A DNA stretch of 64,000 bases, taken from NCBI GenBank assembly GCA_052327205.1, contig CM126211.1:16678001-16742000 (forward strand). The letters run 5' to 3'. This DNA is from Somniosus microcephalus (taxonomy: Eukaryota). The notes under the pieces were generated by a model, which worked only from the letters and a program-made list of their open reading frames with translations, searched no databases and was not told where the DNA came from. Positions 1 to 13,231 of the stretch are shown here, one piece after another; position 1 is the first letter of the stretch; every line of letters begins with the position of its first letter. Position numbers and translations under genes: made by a program.

Positions 1-732
1 TTTTAAAGAATGTGCAGGGACAGAGGGACCTGGGAGTTAATGTGCATAGGTCCCTGAAGGTGGCAGGATATATTGAGAGAGTGGTTAACAAAGCATATGG
101 GATCTTGGGCTTCATAAATAGAGGTATTGAGTACAAAAGTAGAGAAGTTATGCTGAACCTTTATAATGCACTGGTTAGGCCACAACTGGAGTATTGCGTC
201 CAGTTCTGGTCACCACATTTTAGGAAGGATGTGAAGGCCCTTGAGAGGGTGCAGAGGAGATTTACCAGAATGGTTCTGGGGGTGGGGGATCTTAGCTACA
301 AGGACAGGTTGGAGAAGCTGGATTTGTTTTCATTAGAGCAAAGGAGGTTGAGGGGTGATTTGATAGAGGTGTACAAGATTATGACGGGTTTGGATAGGCT
401 AGATGGGGAAAGGCTGATCCCACTAGTTGATGGTACAAGGACTAGGGGACACAGATTTAAGGTTTTGGGCAAGAGATACAGGGGGGTGTGAGGAAAAACT
501 TTTTTATGCAGCGAGTGGTGATGACCTGGAATTTGCTGCCAATGGAAGTGATGGAAGCGGAGACACTCAATGTTTTCAAGGGGAGGAGACTGGATAGGCA
601 CTTGAGGGAAATAAACTTGCAGGACTACGGGGATAGAGCGGGGGAATGGGACTGACTGGATTGCTCTACAGAGATCCGGCACGGACTCGATGGGCCGAAT
701 GGCCTCCTTCTGTGCCGATATGACTCTATGAC
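1..732 (+). mobile_element. CR1-clade LINE, 3' part of ORF2 (RT C-terminus) plus 3'UTR/tail, cut by the window edge
   Basis: ORF 12..491 has the CR1 motifs LVRPQLEYCVQFWSP, LERVQRRFTRM and RRLRGDLIEVYKI; typical tail gggccgaatggcctccttctgtg...tatgactctatga. Confidence 0.93.
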
Positions 733-1315
733 CTATGGAAAGATTAGGTTGCCAATCAGATTTGCACGAAGGTGTTCAGCAAGACTAATGAATGTGGCTT
801 TATCGATGCTTCTAAAATAACTCAAAATTAGAGAGAAATTTTGTGACAATTTTCATCTACGATGACAAAGAGGGAGTGCGAGTGAGCAGATGCTGGCACT
901 GGCCGCAATATTTTTGCGGAGCCACGAGTAGCACTCTTGCTCATTCTAGGCCTCACAAGAATAGAAGACAGAGAGGTTCGGGGGCCCCTTTCATGGTTCC
1001 CTTGGTGACTGCTGGTCACACCGCTCACCGGCTGGTAGAAATGGGAGGAGTCTGACACACACTTCGCCCATTTGTACTTCAAAACTGCAGTTGGGGTCCT
1101 ACAATGGGGACCACAATTTGCAAATCGGAACAGAACCTCCAATGTTTCGGGTGGGCATGCTGTGCGACCATTTGCATCAGGCTGATGTTCCTCTGCCAGC
1201 CACCTGTTTTCAGGTGCGAATTAGCAGGGCCGCAGTTGAACATCACCTCTCACGTACCTTAACTGCACGTGCAAGAAAGATTAAAATTTGCAATGTGGTC
1301 ATGAATTCAGAAATG

Positions 1316-1950
1316 TAGGAACATCTACAGGAGGAGGCCATTCAGCCCCTCGAGCCTGTTCCTCCGTTCAGTTAGATCATGACTGATCTGTATCTTAACT
1401 CCATCCACCTGCCTTGTTTCCGTAACCTTTAATACCCTTGCCGCACAAAAATCCATCAATCTCAGTTTTGAAATTTTCAATTGACCCCCCAGCCTCAGCA
1501 GCTTTTTTGGCGGGCGGGGGGGGTGCGTGGTGGGTGGGGTGGGTGAGAGTTCCAGATTTCCACCACACTTTGTGCGAAGAAGTGCTTCCTGACATCACCC
1601 CTAAACGGCCTGGCTCTAATTTTAAGGTGATGCCCCCTTGTTCTGGACTCCCCCCACCAGAGGAAATAGTTTCACTCTATCTACCCTATCAAATCCTTTA
1701 ATCATCTTAAGCACCTCAATTAGATCGCCCCTTAATCTTCTAAACTCGAGGGAATACAAGCCAGTCTATGCAACCTGTCCTCACAATTTAACCCTGGTGT
1801 TATTTTGGTGAATCTGCACTGGACCCCCTCCAAGACCAATAAATCCTCTCTGAGGTGCGGTGCCCAGGACTGAAGGCAGTAATCTAAATGGGGTCTCACC
1901 AGAGTGTTATATAAATGTAATCTAACTTCCAACCCCTTTGTATTTCCAGT
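1316..1950 (-). mobile_element. CR1 LINE 3' fragment
   Basis: Minus-strand peptide LYNTLVRPHLDYCLQSWAPHLREDLLVLEGVQCRFTK; reverse-complement CR1 tail at ~1316-1400. Confidence 0.88.
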
Positions 1951-3132
1951 CCAGGGTGGGAGAACTGATTTTTTCTGCCTGGATGCAAAGGGGCTATGTG
2001 GAGCCCAGGACGAGTCAAGCCTTGTAGCGATGCCAACAGAAGTAGGGTTTATACCGTGGCCGACACTCACGGCAGCCACAAGTGCTAGAAAGGTAAACAA
2101 ATCATCCTCTGTGGATCTGGCATTTATTGAGGCGATTTACTTTGAAAATTGCGTCAGCTGCTTCATGAATAGAACAGACACCTGGCCTAATGTGCCTTTC
2201 GTGGAAAGGCTCTGTAGATCTTGACAAGAAAACAACAACATGCGCTTCAGAACATGGATAAATCCAGATTGTAACATTTACATTGCCCATGAGAATATTG
2301 GGTCCCATGGGCTTCCTTCTGCGTTGACATTTGAAAAATCATATCTTCTCGAGCGATTACGTGCAGAGTAGTGAGGAAGATAAATGAGGAACGAGAGGAG
2401 ATTCAGTGATTGTTCTGTTGCTTTCATCTCCTGTTGCAGATGTTTGGCCTATCATTTGTTGCTAATCGGAGAGACTAAGTGGCATTTCTGGGAGTATAAA
2501 GGCCCCTGCGATCGTTAAGCACGTGCCACGTGATGGGTGTCATTGCATGCTGGACCTCCACAAGGTGCTGGGTCATTGAATGATAAGATGCAGGTTTGTA
2601 TCCATAGCCCAAACAGAGCAACGATCACATTTTGCAAATTTAAAATCTTCCACTGAATTATAATTTTCAAGAGCTATATTTAGCAACTTAATTTTAATAG
2701 AAACTTTTGAAGTAAGGCCTTTCAGTTGGGGGAAATGGGAACACCAAACATCAACACCATTAGCAAGCACACACTTCCACTAAACCGGGAGATAATCTTG
2801 GGATCCTCAATACAGCTTCCACCCAAATATCCTTTCAGAGGGCAGTGAATGGGCACGACTGATATCCAACTGAACAAAGGCAATTGAACAAATCCAGCCC
2901 AACAATGCTCAAGCAATACAAATGCTTACAGGAAACAATTTCTTCCAATCTGTGTGGAGGCTGCTGACAAAATTCATGGCTGATAAGATTTAATATGCAT
3001 AGGATGGCGATGGACTGCTTATTATTGGACCAAACAGCCCGCAGCGTCTGCAGCACATGAACTGCTAATGAAATTAGCTTGTGCGTGCGCGTGTAGTAAA
3101 AATCACAAAGGAAAATTAATTTCATTATTAAT

Positions 3133-3846
3133 GGGCCGAAAGTTGCGGTCAGAGCCGTACCTCCGGAGTACGCCTCCGACTCGAAAAAATATACAAAGAT
3201 ACCTGCTGCTCTCCGGGGCTTCAGAGGCTTCGGGTCCTGGGCCTGCGGGCGTACGCCTGCGTAAAGGCCCATGGATCCCAGGGACGCGGGCGGTTCAGAA
3301 GCGTCCCTGGGATCACGTGGGCCATGCCACCCAATTAGAAAGGGGGGAATCTCCATAAGCTTATGGGAAAATCCCCAAATAAATAAACAATTAACACAAC
3401 TCTAATAAAAATAAATCTTACCATGTTCAAAATTAATTAAAATCCCTTTAATTAAGCATTTAAAATAATAATTTAATTTGTTTTTAACTTCTAAACATTT
3501 TAATCTAGGCCAAAATTTACATGAACTAATTTTAAATGTTTTTGTATGTTTTAATCATTTTAAAATTTTAATTTGATATTTATTTCAACCCTTACGCTGA
3601 TGAAAGCAGGCCCTGCGCCTGCTTTTACCAGGCGTGAGGGTTTGGTGGGCATTCGCTGGGCAGTAGTTGGGGAAATAGCCCCGACCCAGCACCAGCGAAG
3701 GTGTTTATGGGGTGCGTGCGGACGATCTGTCCAAGCGAAACTTGACAGATCGCACTTTCCGGGTTTTCACCCGTGCGCAGCGCATGCGGACACCCCGGAA
3801 CTTGCGACTGCATGCACACCGTCATCGGCCCCGCAGGATCCGGGCC
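3133..3846 (+). mobile_element. Non-autonomous PIF/Harbinger-like element (family C)
   Basis: Imperfect TIRs gggccgaaagttgcgg / ccgcaggatccgggcc; GC-rich arms around an AT-rich core; similar to 30654-30934, 32371-33072 and 49234-49939. Confidence 0.65.
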
Positions 3847-3923
3847 AGTGTTTTTACAGCCGTTACAGCCAGGCAGGTCAAAACTAGAGGGTGCTGCTTT
3901 TTTCCCAGGTCTGCTTTCACTGT

Positions 3924-4800
3924 GGGCTGGAATCTGCTGAAAAAAAATAACGGCGCGTGAACGACCGCACAGCATTGTTCACCTTCAAATCGGCCAGTAA
4001 CTTGTGGCGAGAAAGAGATACGGCGTGAATTGCGAATCGGCGAAAGTTGCTGGACGATTCGCGTCAGCTTCGCAGACACGGCAGATCACCCGCAACCTCC
4101 ACGTAAGTTTCATCAAGTTGCTGCGTTTTGTTTTTAATTTGTTCACGGGATGTGGGCGTCGCCGGCAAGGCCCAGCATTTATTGCCCGTCCCTAAATTTC
4201 CCTCGAGAAGGTGGTGGTGAGCCGCCTTCTTGAACCGCTGCAGTCCGTATGGTGAGGGCGCTCCCACACTAAACTTGTCGTAGCGGTTTGGTACAACTGA
4301 GTGGCTCGCTAGGCCAGTTCAGAGGGCAGTTAAAAGTCAGCCACATTGCTGTGGGTCTGGAGTCAAACTTAGGCCCAACCGGGTGAGGACAGCAGCTTTC
4401 CTTCCCTACAGGACATTAGTGAACCAGTTCTTACGACAATCCAGTAGTTGCATGGTCACCATTACTGATACTAGTTTTTTATTCCAGATTTATTTAATTA
4501 ACTGAATTCAAATTCCCCAGCTGCCGTGGTGGGATTTGAACTTACGTCTCTGGATCATTAGTCCAGCAACATAACCACTATGCAACCATTCCCGCATTTG
4601 CCCAGTAATTGCCCATTAAACTCACCACAGAAACGGTTGGTCCCGTCCTTCACCGAGGTCCGCCCTGTTGCCCTCGCCGCGCCATTATCAGCTCGCAACT
4701 TTCAGCAACTTTCAGGGCAAGTTCAGTTCAATTTTTGAGCTAAAGGGTGCAGGATAAAGTCTGAATAACAGGGCACTACACCAAATGCCGCGCTGTTAGT
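3924..4800 (+). mobile_element. Harbinger-like MITE (family D) interrupted by a SINE
   Basis: Starts gggctggaatctgctg; 4650-4760 (ccctgttgccctcgccgcgcc...atcagctcgca) matches 53730-53810 of the copy at 53119-53859. Confidence 0.5.
4130..4590 (-). mobile_element. tRNA-headed SINE carrying the 3' tail of a LINE family
   Basis: Reverse complement has a tRNA-like head (B-box-like gttcaaatcccaccacggc) and ends in the same cagcggttcaagaaggcggctcaccaccaccttctc...aataaatgctgg tail as the LINE at 45518-46030. Confidence 0.65.
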
Positions 4801-6767
4801 CACGCACTTGCATACCATGTCGAGGGTGAGGTGGGGAATGGAAAATCTCTGCTTTGCAGCAGAATCCTTGGGACCCTTATCTACCTGAGACAGGTTACAC
4901 AAAGTGCTGGAAAAATAGATGGATATATTAATACAATGCAATCTGGCTGGCTCACCATTCACGTTCTTTTCTCCTGCCAACATTCTCTCTACGCGAGGAA
5001 AATGTCCTCTTAGTCGCTGCATCAAATAGAACACACTCATCTCAAAAGCCGCGCCAATTTAGCTTCTTGACAGATGCAGTCAGAGACTTCCTCATTTCAG
5101 TGAGTTTATTGGCAAGGTGCAACAAATGGCAACACTCTTCCCCGCAAAAGGAACAAGGCTTGGATCTCAAGATGCTAAAATGACTGCGCGCTATCCCTGG
5201 GATCACTCACTGTTAAACTGTTGAATTTCACACGACTGCAAATATTTTTATAGCCCAAGGTTACGCATCTTGGGAACAAAGCAATGGAAAATGTGGACAT
5301 TTGGAAAAAAATACAGCTTTCAGATTTGAGACTTTCCAGCGAGATTGTGAGGACTGTGCCAAAACTATGAGACTTGCCAAAACTCAGCAAGAGCTGGCAC
5401 ACGTACCCTTGGCAAACAAACGTACGCATGCTAGATTGATTAGGTTTTTGTTCAGAACTGGGGTTAAACTGTGACTGGCAGAATTATTACAGATAAATCT
5501 CATTAGTGTGCATCCGCAGAGCCACCATCCCTCTTGCGAGGCACGCTGCTCACTTAAGACATGCAGACATTTGGCCATCGCTCATGTGACGTTCAAAAAA
5601 TAGGAAGCATCTCTAGTCCTAAATGCAAAAAAAAAGGGAGGTTCTGGCTTGTGTGTACTGCCCATTTACAGTGACACAGTGAGCACTGCTCAAGGAACGC
5701 CGGGCAATCCTCAAAACTGCATGCTTGGGGGGGGCGAGGATGCAATTTGTTGCTTTTTGATTGGCTCACTGCAGGAAATGAATTTTTTGTCTGGTTTAGA
5801 TTACGAAATAGGTGGCTGAGCATTTCTCAGTTACAGTGTGAAATAACTTTGATCAATTTTTATCCATCTATGTATAACAGCAATATAACTGGGCTAAAAA
5901 TCTTTAGTCCCCAGCGTGAATTTTACTCTCCGACCGGCACGACCATTTTCAGCAGTGACACCGACAACTTTTGTGTCGCAGTCCAATTTCTAGGCCATAC
6001 TTTTTCAATAAAATTACAAAGAATTGCATTACATGGGATATACTGCACAGAAAGAGGCCATGTGGCCCAACCAGTCCATTATGCTCCACTCGAGCCTCCT
6101 CCCGTCTTTCCTCATCTAAATCTATTGGCATAACCCTCTATTCCCTTCTCCCTCATAAGCTTGTCTAGCCTCCCCTTAAATGCATCTATACTAGTCACTC
6201 AACCACTCCCTGTGGTAGCGAGTTCCACATTCTCACCACTCTCTGGGTAAAGAAGTTCCTTCTGAATTTCCTATTGGATTTCTTGGTGACTATCTTATAT
6301 CGATGGCCTCAAGTTATGCTCTTCCCCACAAGTGGAAACACTCTCTCTGGCCAGAATTTTGCCGGCGCTCAGAGGGCAGGTTCGGAGGCGGGTCCGCTGT
6401 CAAAATCTAAAAGATTGACAGCGGGTCAGGATCCCGCTCTGAACCCGCCTCCATGTCAGTTTCCCCAAGTGCGGGGTCTGCCTGCGCTTTGCAGACCCGG
6501 CACTAAGCGGCAGGTCAGCCAATTGAGATAGTTAAGAGGGTCTTTAAAAGGTAGTTGAACAGCATTTTACCACCTTCTAACCATTTTTCCAACTTTTCAA
6601 CGAGGTTCCCGTCGCTCAGGGGTCACGTCAGGTAAGTGTGTTGGGTTCTCAGTGACTCTCCATTGCTGTGAATAGGCAACAACTGCAAAAGTGGTATAAA
6701 AGCTACCATTTCACAGCTGTTTACGTTCCAATCTCAGAAGCTTCAGCCTTCAGGATTTGGAAGACAC

Positions 6768-7685
6768 TGTAAGAATTCGCAATAATTTACAGTTCTGAAG
6801 ATCAATTTTTTTGATTAAAGAATCCCTGGGCGTTGTGCTTTTAAATTTCCAGGGATAAAAATGGCTGTCACCACATGGCCGAAGACAAAGGACAATGCTT
6901 TATTTACAAAGCAATTGAATGCTATTAGCATTTGTTTGTATATCGAGTGGCTACATCTAAACTGCAGAAGAGACTTTTGTACCTTGAATGGGAAACGTTT
7001 AAGAATTGAATGGGTTTTTAAATCACCCAGCACTGGACAATAGGGCTGTTGCATTCTCTTTTGTTTCAGCTCAGGGAGCTCCGGAAGACACATTAACCCA
7101 GCCTAACCACTTTGAGTTAGCCAATCACAGCTTTCTCTTGTGTATTGGACCCTTTGGGCGGGGAATTTTGCACACAGCCCTTGCAGGGCAGAATGGCAGG
7201 ACCTGACCAGGTATAAAAGATAGCTGCTGAGAAGCTATCTCTCTCTCTCTTACTTCGCTGGACCAAAGGTGAGCAGGGTGTTCTGACTCCTCAACAAGGC
7301 AACCTAGCAGGAGTTTGGGGTGGTGATTTAAGGGAATTGCTAAGATTGTTTAAATAACATTGTAGCCATTGTATCCCTCGTTTTTGCCGTCTGCAACCCC
7401 CCTGTTATATAGTTTTAATGTAATTACTGTGTTCGTGTGGTATAGTTTATTCTTTGGATTGTAGTTTATTTAGGTAATAAAACTTGATTTTTCTCTCATC
7501 CAAACCACTTCTTCCATTTTAATATCATTATTTATAAGTTCCTCCACTCAGAATTGAAGGTGGGGTAGCGATTCGAAACCGCTGTTTTAAAATTGGTTTT
7601 ATTGGAATTGGTCTGGGTGAAGGCAAAGGCTGCAAGACCAGGAAAATTACTTTAAACCAGTTTAAAGAAGCCCCCAACCCTTACA
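6768..7685 (+). mobile_element. Solo LTR (918 bp) nested in the Harbinger element
   Basis: TGTAAG...CTTACA termini, ACAC 4-bp TSD (6764-6767, 7686-7689), CCAAT 7121, GC box ~7156, TATAAAA 7212, AATAAA 7476. Confidence 0.8.
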
Positions 7686-8504
7686 ACACTTTTGAGCTTT
7701 ATGCAGTTTCGAAGTGTCACCTCCTTGGAGCAAGCTCTCTCACCATTGATAGATCGCTTCTGTCATCTCAACTTCAGCTGCCATCTATTGCAGCAGCATC
7801 GGTGCCCTTCAAAAAATCTCACCTTGGTCCTCAGAATCCCACCATGATCAGCCCCAACACCAACATCACCAGGCACACCAACATCACCAACCTTCTCTGC
7901 AATCAACTGATGCTGCACAGGACACAGGGCATCAGCACTCGACCACACTGCTGCCTGGGATGCCAGCGATGGCCTCACCATGGCCAGATTACTTCACTTG
8001 ATGCTGTACCACCTGCTTGCCACATGATGCGCCAGGTTGGCACCACCCCACGCCAGCACCATAAAGCATCGCTACAATGCCCAAGCCATTCCTTTCGCAC
8101 TCATCACCATTGCAGGGGGTACCGTTATGTCTCACCGTTCACTGCAACTCACTCAGCCACTTCCAAAGGGGCACACAAATCTGTCCAAGAACGCAAAGTG
8201 TTGAAAATAAAGATTTCAATGTTTGATACCACATTGCCAGAAACTTCGCATGAATATTGGCTAAACCACCCAAGTGCCTACCCTTGTGTGTTGTTAGTTG
8301 GTATGCTTGCAATAGGATGAGGGTGAGTGTGAGGGGTGGCAATGAAGTGGGGAAGTGATAATGTAGATAGAGAGGGCTGGGTGAAGGTGCAAGATAAGTT
8401 GGTGTGAGTAAGGATGTGCAGGAGTAGGGTAGGGAAGGCAGAGTGATGGGGATGTGATGAGTGGGACAGCAGGATAAGGTTAAGTGTGGCTTTGCAGTAA
8501 CATT

Positions 8505-8719
8505 TTGTGATCTACTGAGATCATTGAAAAGTTTGTGCCACTGCAGCCTGGTTGTCCTGACCACATCCCTGCTTGTGTCCTCCTGTGCAATGTGCAACCA
8601 GGCTGCGTTGGTCTCCTGGGGAGGTCTCTTCCACCATCGGAAGGGAAGAGAACCTCCTTGCCTGCTGTGACTCCATCCATTAGCATATGGAGGAAATCAT
8701 GGGAGAGCCTGGGTGCAGC
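8505..8719 (-). pseudogene. Frameshifted Harbinger Myb/SANT-like (NAIF1/Myb_DNA-bind_5-type) DNA-binding protein remnant
   Basis: Two frames join to AAPRLSHDFLHMLMDGVTAGKEVLFPSDG / PQETNAAWLHIAQEDTSRDVVRTTRLQWHKLFNDL, matching the PRFS..L..L...V...AW..IA.....R...Q..K.FNDL pattern of Harbinger Myb-like proteins. Confidence 0.72.
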
Positions 8720-9664
8720 CGTGCACCTCTGTGCAGTGATTGTCAGTGTTTGCAGCACCTCAATGCTGTAGAACACTGACAGCACAACTGTCAAAATCAA
8801 TGTGGCCGTGGCCCCTTTAAGGAAACTGGCTGATGACGCGTCATCAAATGACATCATCAAACCCGCTTCCTTTTATTTGGCCGGGAACTTCGTTGGGCAG
8901 GCCCAATCAATGTAAAATCACTTGGAGAGTGCGGGCTGGAGCAGGCAGCAGGCTGAGACCGCGCCACTGACCCCGGCCGCCCCGGACCTGCCTCGGTCGG
9001 CCAAATCGCGGCCTCTGTGTCCACCTCTATCCAAACCTTTCAGAATTTTAAAGGCTTCTATTAGGTCACCCACAGCCTTCCTTTTACAAGAGAAAAGAGA
9101 CCCAGCCTGTTCATCCTTTCCTGATATGTATACCCTCGCATTTCCGGTATCATCCTTGTTAATCTTCTCTGCACCCTCTCCAGTGCCTCTATATATTTTT
9201 ATAATATGGTGACCAGAATGAACTATTACGTTATTTTAAAAAATTCTAATTTTCCTTCTGGACCGATGGCCATATCAGTATACACTGAAAATGAAGAATT
9301 CAGAATCTGATTGGCATTTGGGATAGTCCTGCCACCATGGGGTTGGTGGGCACAGGCTTGCTGCAGGTAATCCTTCACACAATGAGTTCCTGATCTCAGT
9401 AGTGCCACTCAGGGAAGGAACCAAGCAGAGGCCAAGTGCCTTCCACAGGGAGAGGAAGTTGTGGAGAGTCACACTCTGCTAACGTCACATGTTTCCGTGG
9501 GGATAATTCCAGGAGTGGTACTGACAGATTCCCGCCGGCAAGGCGGGTCTCACGGTTGCAGGGGGTGAAGAGCCTGAAGAGAACCAAATAAGGGGGAAGT
9601 TGGAAAGTGGATAAAATAGCTCACCCTTTACAACCAAAAAAGAAATTCAAGTTCACTACCACAT

Positions 9665-10065
9665 CAGTTATGTGGAGAGATTGGAGAAGCCGGGATTGTT
9701 CTCCTTAGAGCAGAGAAGATTAAGGGGAGACCTAATAGAGGTATTCAAAGTTACGAGGGGTTTTCATAGAGCATGTTTCCTCTGGCAAGTGGGTCAGTAA
9801 CCAGAGGTCTTAGAGATAAAAAAATTGGCAAAAGAACTAGAGGGGAGAAATTTCTTTACACAGAGGGTTGTAAAGAGCTGGAATGCAGTACCTGACAGGG
9901 TGGTGGAATCCAATTGCATAGAAACTCTTCAAAGGCAATTGAACATGTACTAATTTGTAGGGTTATGGGGAAAAGCTGGGGTGTGGGACTAAATTGGAGA
10001 GCTCTTTCAATCAGCCGGCACAGGCGTGACGGGCCGAATGGCCTCCTTCTGTGCATGAAGTGTCT
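9665..10065 (+). mobile_element. Degenerate CR1 3' end
   Basis: ggattgttctccttagagcagagaagattaaggggagacctaatagaggtattcaa; tail gggccgaatggcctccttctgtg. Confidence 0.85.
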
Positions 10066-10624
10066 GTGATTGTAAATTTAAACTCAGCTGTGGATAGCCA
10101 GGCCAGATTACGATAACTCTCATGACACAGTCCAACACTCAGGAGACACGATTGCAATACACAATACAGTGGCAACCAATAGCAATGGCATCAGAAGGTT
10201 CTTCCTGCTACACAACCTGCACGGTGACTCTTGAAAGATGCAAAGAACCAGCAAAACAAGCCATTGGCTCTAGCAGCAACTGAAATCGTGATCAAACACC
10301 AACACTGATTCTACCTGAATTGTACCAGAGAACTCAGTACAACAGACCAACTGAAGTCCTTGACCTATAGATTCTTTCAGACGGCCCCATCTTTCCAATC
10401 CAGTACAGGTCACATAGAAATTACGCACTTCAGTATTGAGTGGTGCAATTAGAAATGAAAGCTCCTGGCTGTGTCATATCTGCCGTGCAATCAAGTAAAA
10501 GGATGATAATGGTGTTGTTGCTGTAATCACACCAGCCTTCACACCTGCCCAGCAATTTTGTGTTTGTGCTTGGCTTCCGCTGCAGTTTAGAAGCCACTGC
10601 AACTAGAAACTGAATTATGCTGAT

Positions 10625-10815
10625 CACGTTCCTTCGTCGTCGCTGGGTCAAAATCCTGGAACTCCCTCCCTAACAGCACCGTGGGAGCACCTTCACCGCA
10701 CAGGACTGCAGCGGTTCAAGAAGGCGGCTCCCCACCACCTCAAGGGCAACTGGGGATGGGCAATAAATGCTGGACTGGCCAGCGACGCCCACATCCCAGG
10801 AACGAATAAACTAAA
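10625..10815 (+). mobile_element. LINE 3' tail (same family as 45518-46030)
   Basis: gttccttcgtcgtcgctgggtcaaaatcctggaactccc...cagcggttcaagaaggcggct. Confidence 0.8.
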
Positions 10816-11715
10816 AAGTATCTAGCCAAAGCAAATGGCATATTGGTCCACCGGGATATTGAAGAGAATCCCAGTACACTTCCAACCAATGGATTGGTCT
10901 TCTTATCTGGTGTTAAAGGGGTTCATTCCTCAACAGTTTCCCCCAACAGATGCTAGGATTTTTTGAAATGCTAGGGTTTTTTGAGAAAGGAAGGTTAAAA
11001 GCTTTTATTCCGCCTTTCTGCCTTTTGTGCCATTTTTAGTTTTATGTTCACTCTTTCATCTTATCTCTCCCCTTCTATTTTTTGTCTCTTGTTTTTTCAG
11101 TCTTTATTTGTCCTCTCTGATGAAGGACCAAGTGCCGGGAGATATATTTAACGAACAATTCTCCGGTTCAAATGATCGGAGTCAAGGATGGGGCTGGCAA
11201 TTATGAGGTGGTGAAGACTCTAGCGAGTAGCTTACAAAGTCTTTCTTATTTATAGGATAAGCACTACATTGAATTACAACTCCAAATATAATTTTAATAA
11301 TTAAAATACTATCAGGCTGTGCTAGCCCCCAGTAATCGGCAGTGTAATGAAACCTGCAGTTTAAATCACATGGAACTGCAGCTTTGCAGTAGAAATCAAA
11401 TGATTGAATCAAAAAAGCCTGCAGCCATTATCCAGCAGGGTAGCAAGACGTAAACTTACCAAATATCACCTCATGCACTGCACCCCCTGTATGCAATATA
11501 TAGAATAATCTTATAACAGTATCATGTGGAACAATCCCTGTATCAGGATACAGATCAGCCATGATCTAATTGAATGGCAGAACAGGCTCAAGGGGCTGAA
11601 TGGCCTCCTCCTGTTCCTATGTTCCAATGTAATAACAGTATTTGAGACAGCATACAAGACAACAGTATTTTTTTATATAAATGACCAATATCTACAAACT
11701 GTTTGCCTCCATAAC

Positions 11716-12482
11716 AACATAGAAACATAGAAGGTAGGAGCAGGAGTAGGCCATTCGGCCCTTCGAGCCTGCTCCGCCATTCAATGTGATCATGGCTGAT
11801 CATCCAAATTCAGTACCCTGTCCCTGCCTTCTCCCCATATCCCTTGATCCCTTTAGCCTCAAGAAATATATCCAACTCTTTCTTGAATATATTTAATGAA
11901 CTGGCCTCCACCGCCCTCTGTGGCAGAGAATTCCACAGGTTCACCACTCTCTGGGTGAAGAAATTCCTCATTTCAGTCCTAAATGGCTTACCCCTTATCC
12001 TTAGACTATGACCCCTGGTTCTGGACTCCCCGGCCATCAGAAACATCCTTCCTGCATCTAGTCTGTCCAGACCTGACAGAATTTTATAGGTTTCGATGAG
12101 ATCCCCTCTCAATCTTCTAAACTCCAGTGAGTATAAGCCCAATCGACACAATCTCTCCTCATACGTCATTCCTGCCATCCCAGGTATCAGCCTGGTGAAT
12201 CTTCGCTGCACTCCCTCCATGGCAAGAACGTCCTTCCTCAGGTAAGGCGACCAAAACTGCACACAATACTCAAGGTGCGGTCTCACCAAGGCCCTGTACA
12301 ACTGTAGCAAGACATCCTTGTTCCTGTACTCGAACCCTCTTGCTACGAAGGCCAACATACCATTTGCCTTCTTAACCGCCTGCTGCACCTGCATGCTTAC
12401 CTTCAGCGACTGGTGCACAAGGACCCCCAGGTCTCTTTGCACTTCCCCTTCTCCCAATCTATTGCCATTCAAATAACAATCT
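11716..12482 (-). mobile_element. CR1 LINE 3' end, low divergence (open RT C-terminal frame)
   Basis: ORF 11810..12526 RDLGVLVHQSLK...LVRPHLEYCVQFWSPYLRKD...GIKGYGEKAG; tail catagaaacatagaa. Confidence 0.95.
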
Positions 12483-12536
12483 ATGAACTTCAAAGCAATA
12501 AATTGAGTCCATTGATTTGATGTCACAAAACACTAT

Positions 12537-13231
12537 GGCCTAGAAATTGAGTTGACGCCGCGCCAGGGCTTTAGCGCCGGAAATTTAGCGCCGGCGCTAA
12601 TTCCCTTGCGCGCGCCAAAAATTCAGTAGCGCCGCGCCCAGACGGCTGCCGGCGCTACTGGCGGGCGTGAGTGCCTCCCAATGGGCGCTGAGTGCCGAAT
12701 TGCGGTGCTAATCCGGCGCTGCGGCACCCGATGCGGTGCGGCAGGCTGGGGAAGTGCAGGCCTCCTCCTCCCGTTAAGGAGGCGCTGCCTTCACCCGATC
12801 GCTGGCCGTTTGATTTTTTCAAAAATGAGCCCGGCACCTCGGACAAGTGCCGGGCTTGCAGGCCAGACGCATCTGTTCCGCGGGGGGGGGTGGAGGAGTC
12901 CGGGGAGGGAGGTGCGGGCAGGCGGCCGGCGGGAAAGCGTCCGGCCGCCGCGCGACCTTAATGCACCGGCGCTAACTTGTGTAAGACTCGGTTGCCAGAG
13001 TCTTAGTTGCGGCTGCCACGGGCGAGGCGGCCGCAACTGAATTTCGGCGCTGGGGCCTGTCGGCATGGCAACCGGGACGCTGCGCACACCGATGACGTCA
13101 TCGGTGCTGGCGCAGCGCTACCGGTGCAACGCCGCTTTAGGGCCCCAGGGAATTTTTCAACTGGCCATAACTCTGGCGCTAGTCCCTCTAGCGCCTCAAA
13201 AGCGGCGCTAAGGCTAGTGAATTTCTAGGCC
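12537..13231. mobile_element. Harbinger-type MITE (family B, GC-rich)
   Basis: Perfect 12-bp TIR ggcctagaaatt/aatttctaggcc, TAT TSD, many subterminal tagcgcc/ggcgcta motifs. Confidence 0.85.

Larger units (their letters stand above)
6349..9013. mobile_element. 2.66-kb PIF/Harbinger deletion derivative
   Basis: Imperfect TIRs ggccagaattttgccg / cggccaaatcgcggcc, TCT 3-bp TSD, and a Myb/SANT-like gene remnant inside. Confidence 0.75.
6020..9218 (-). mobile_element. CR1 LINE 3' fragment split in two (6020-6348 and 9014-9218) by a DNA-transposon insertion
   Basis: ...cacaagtggaaacactctctct | tctgtgtccacctctatccaaacctttcagaattttaaagg is continuous CR1 antisense sequence once 6349-9013 is removed. 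Confidence 0.8.

Noticed and set aside
1950-2100. Possible host exon ending at aaag|gtaaac
   Set aside because: The upstream acceptor-like sequence belongs to a CR1 fragment, and no frame gives a recognisable protein.
7802-8320. 172-aa ORF as the Harbinger transposase
   Set aside because: No DDE/HARBI1 motifs are recognisable; the frame is low-complexity and His/Thr-rich.
11545-11800. Inverted repeat suggesting a hairpin RNA gene
   Set aside because: It is explained by two CR1 3' tails inserted in opposite orientations.
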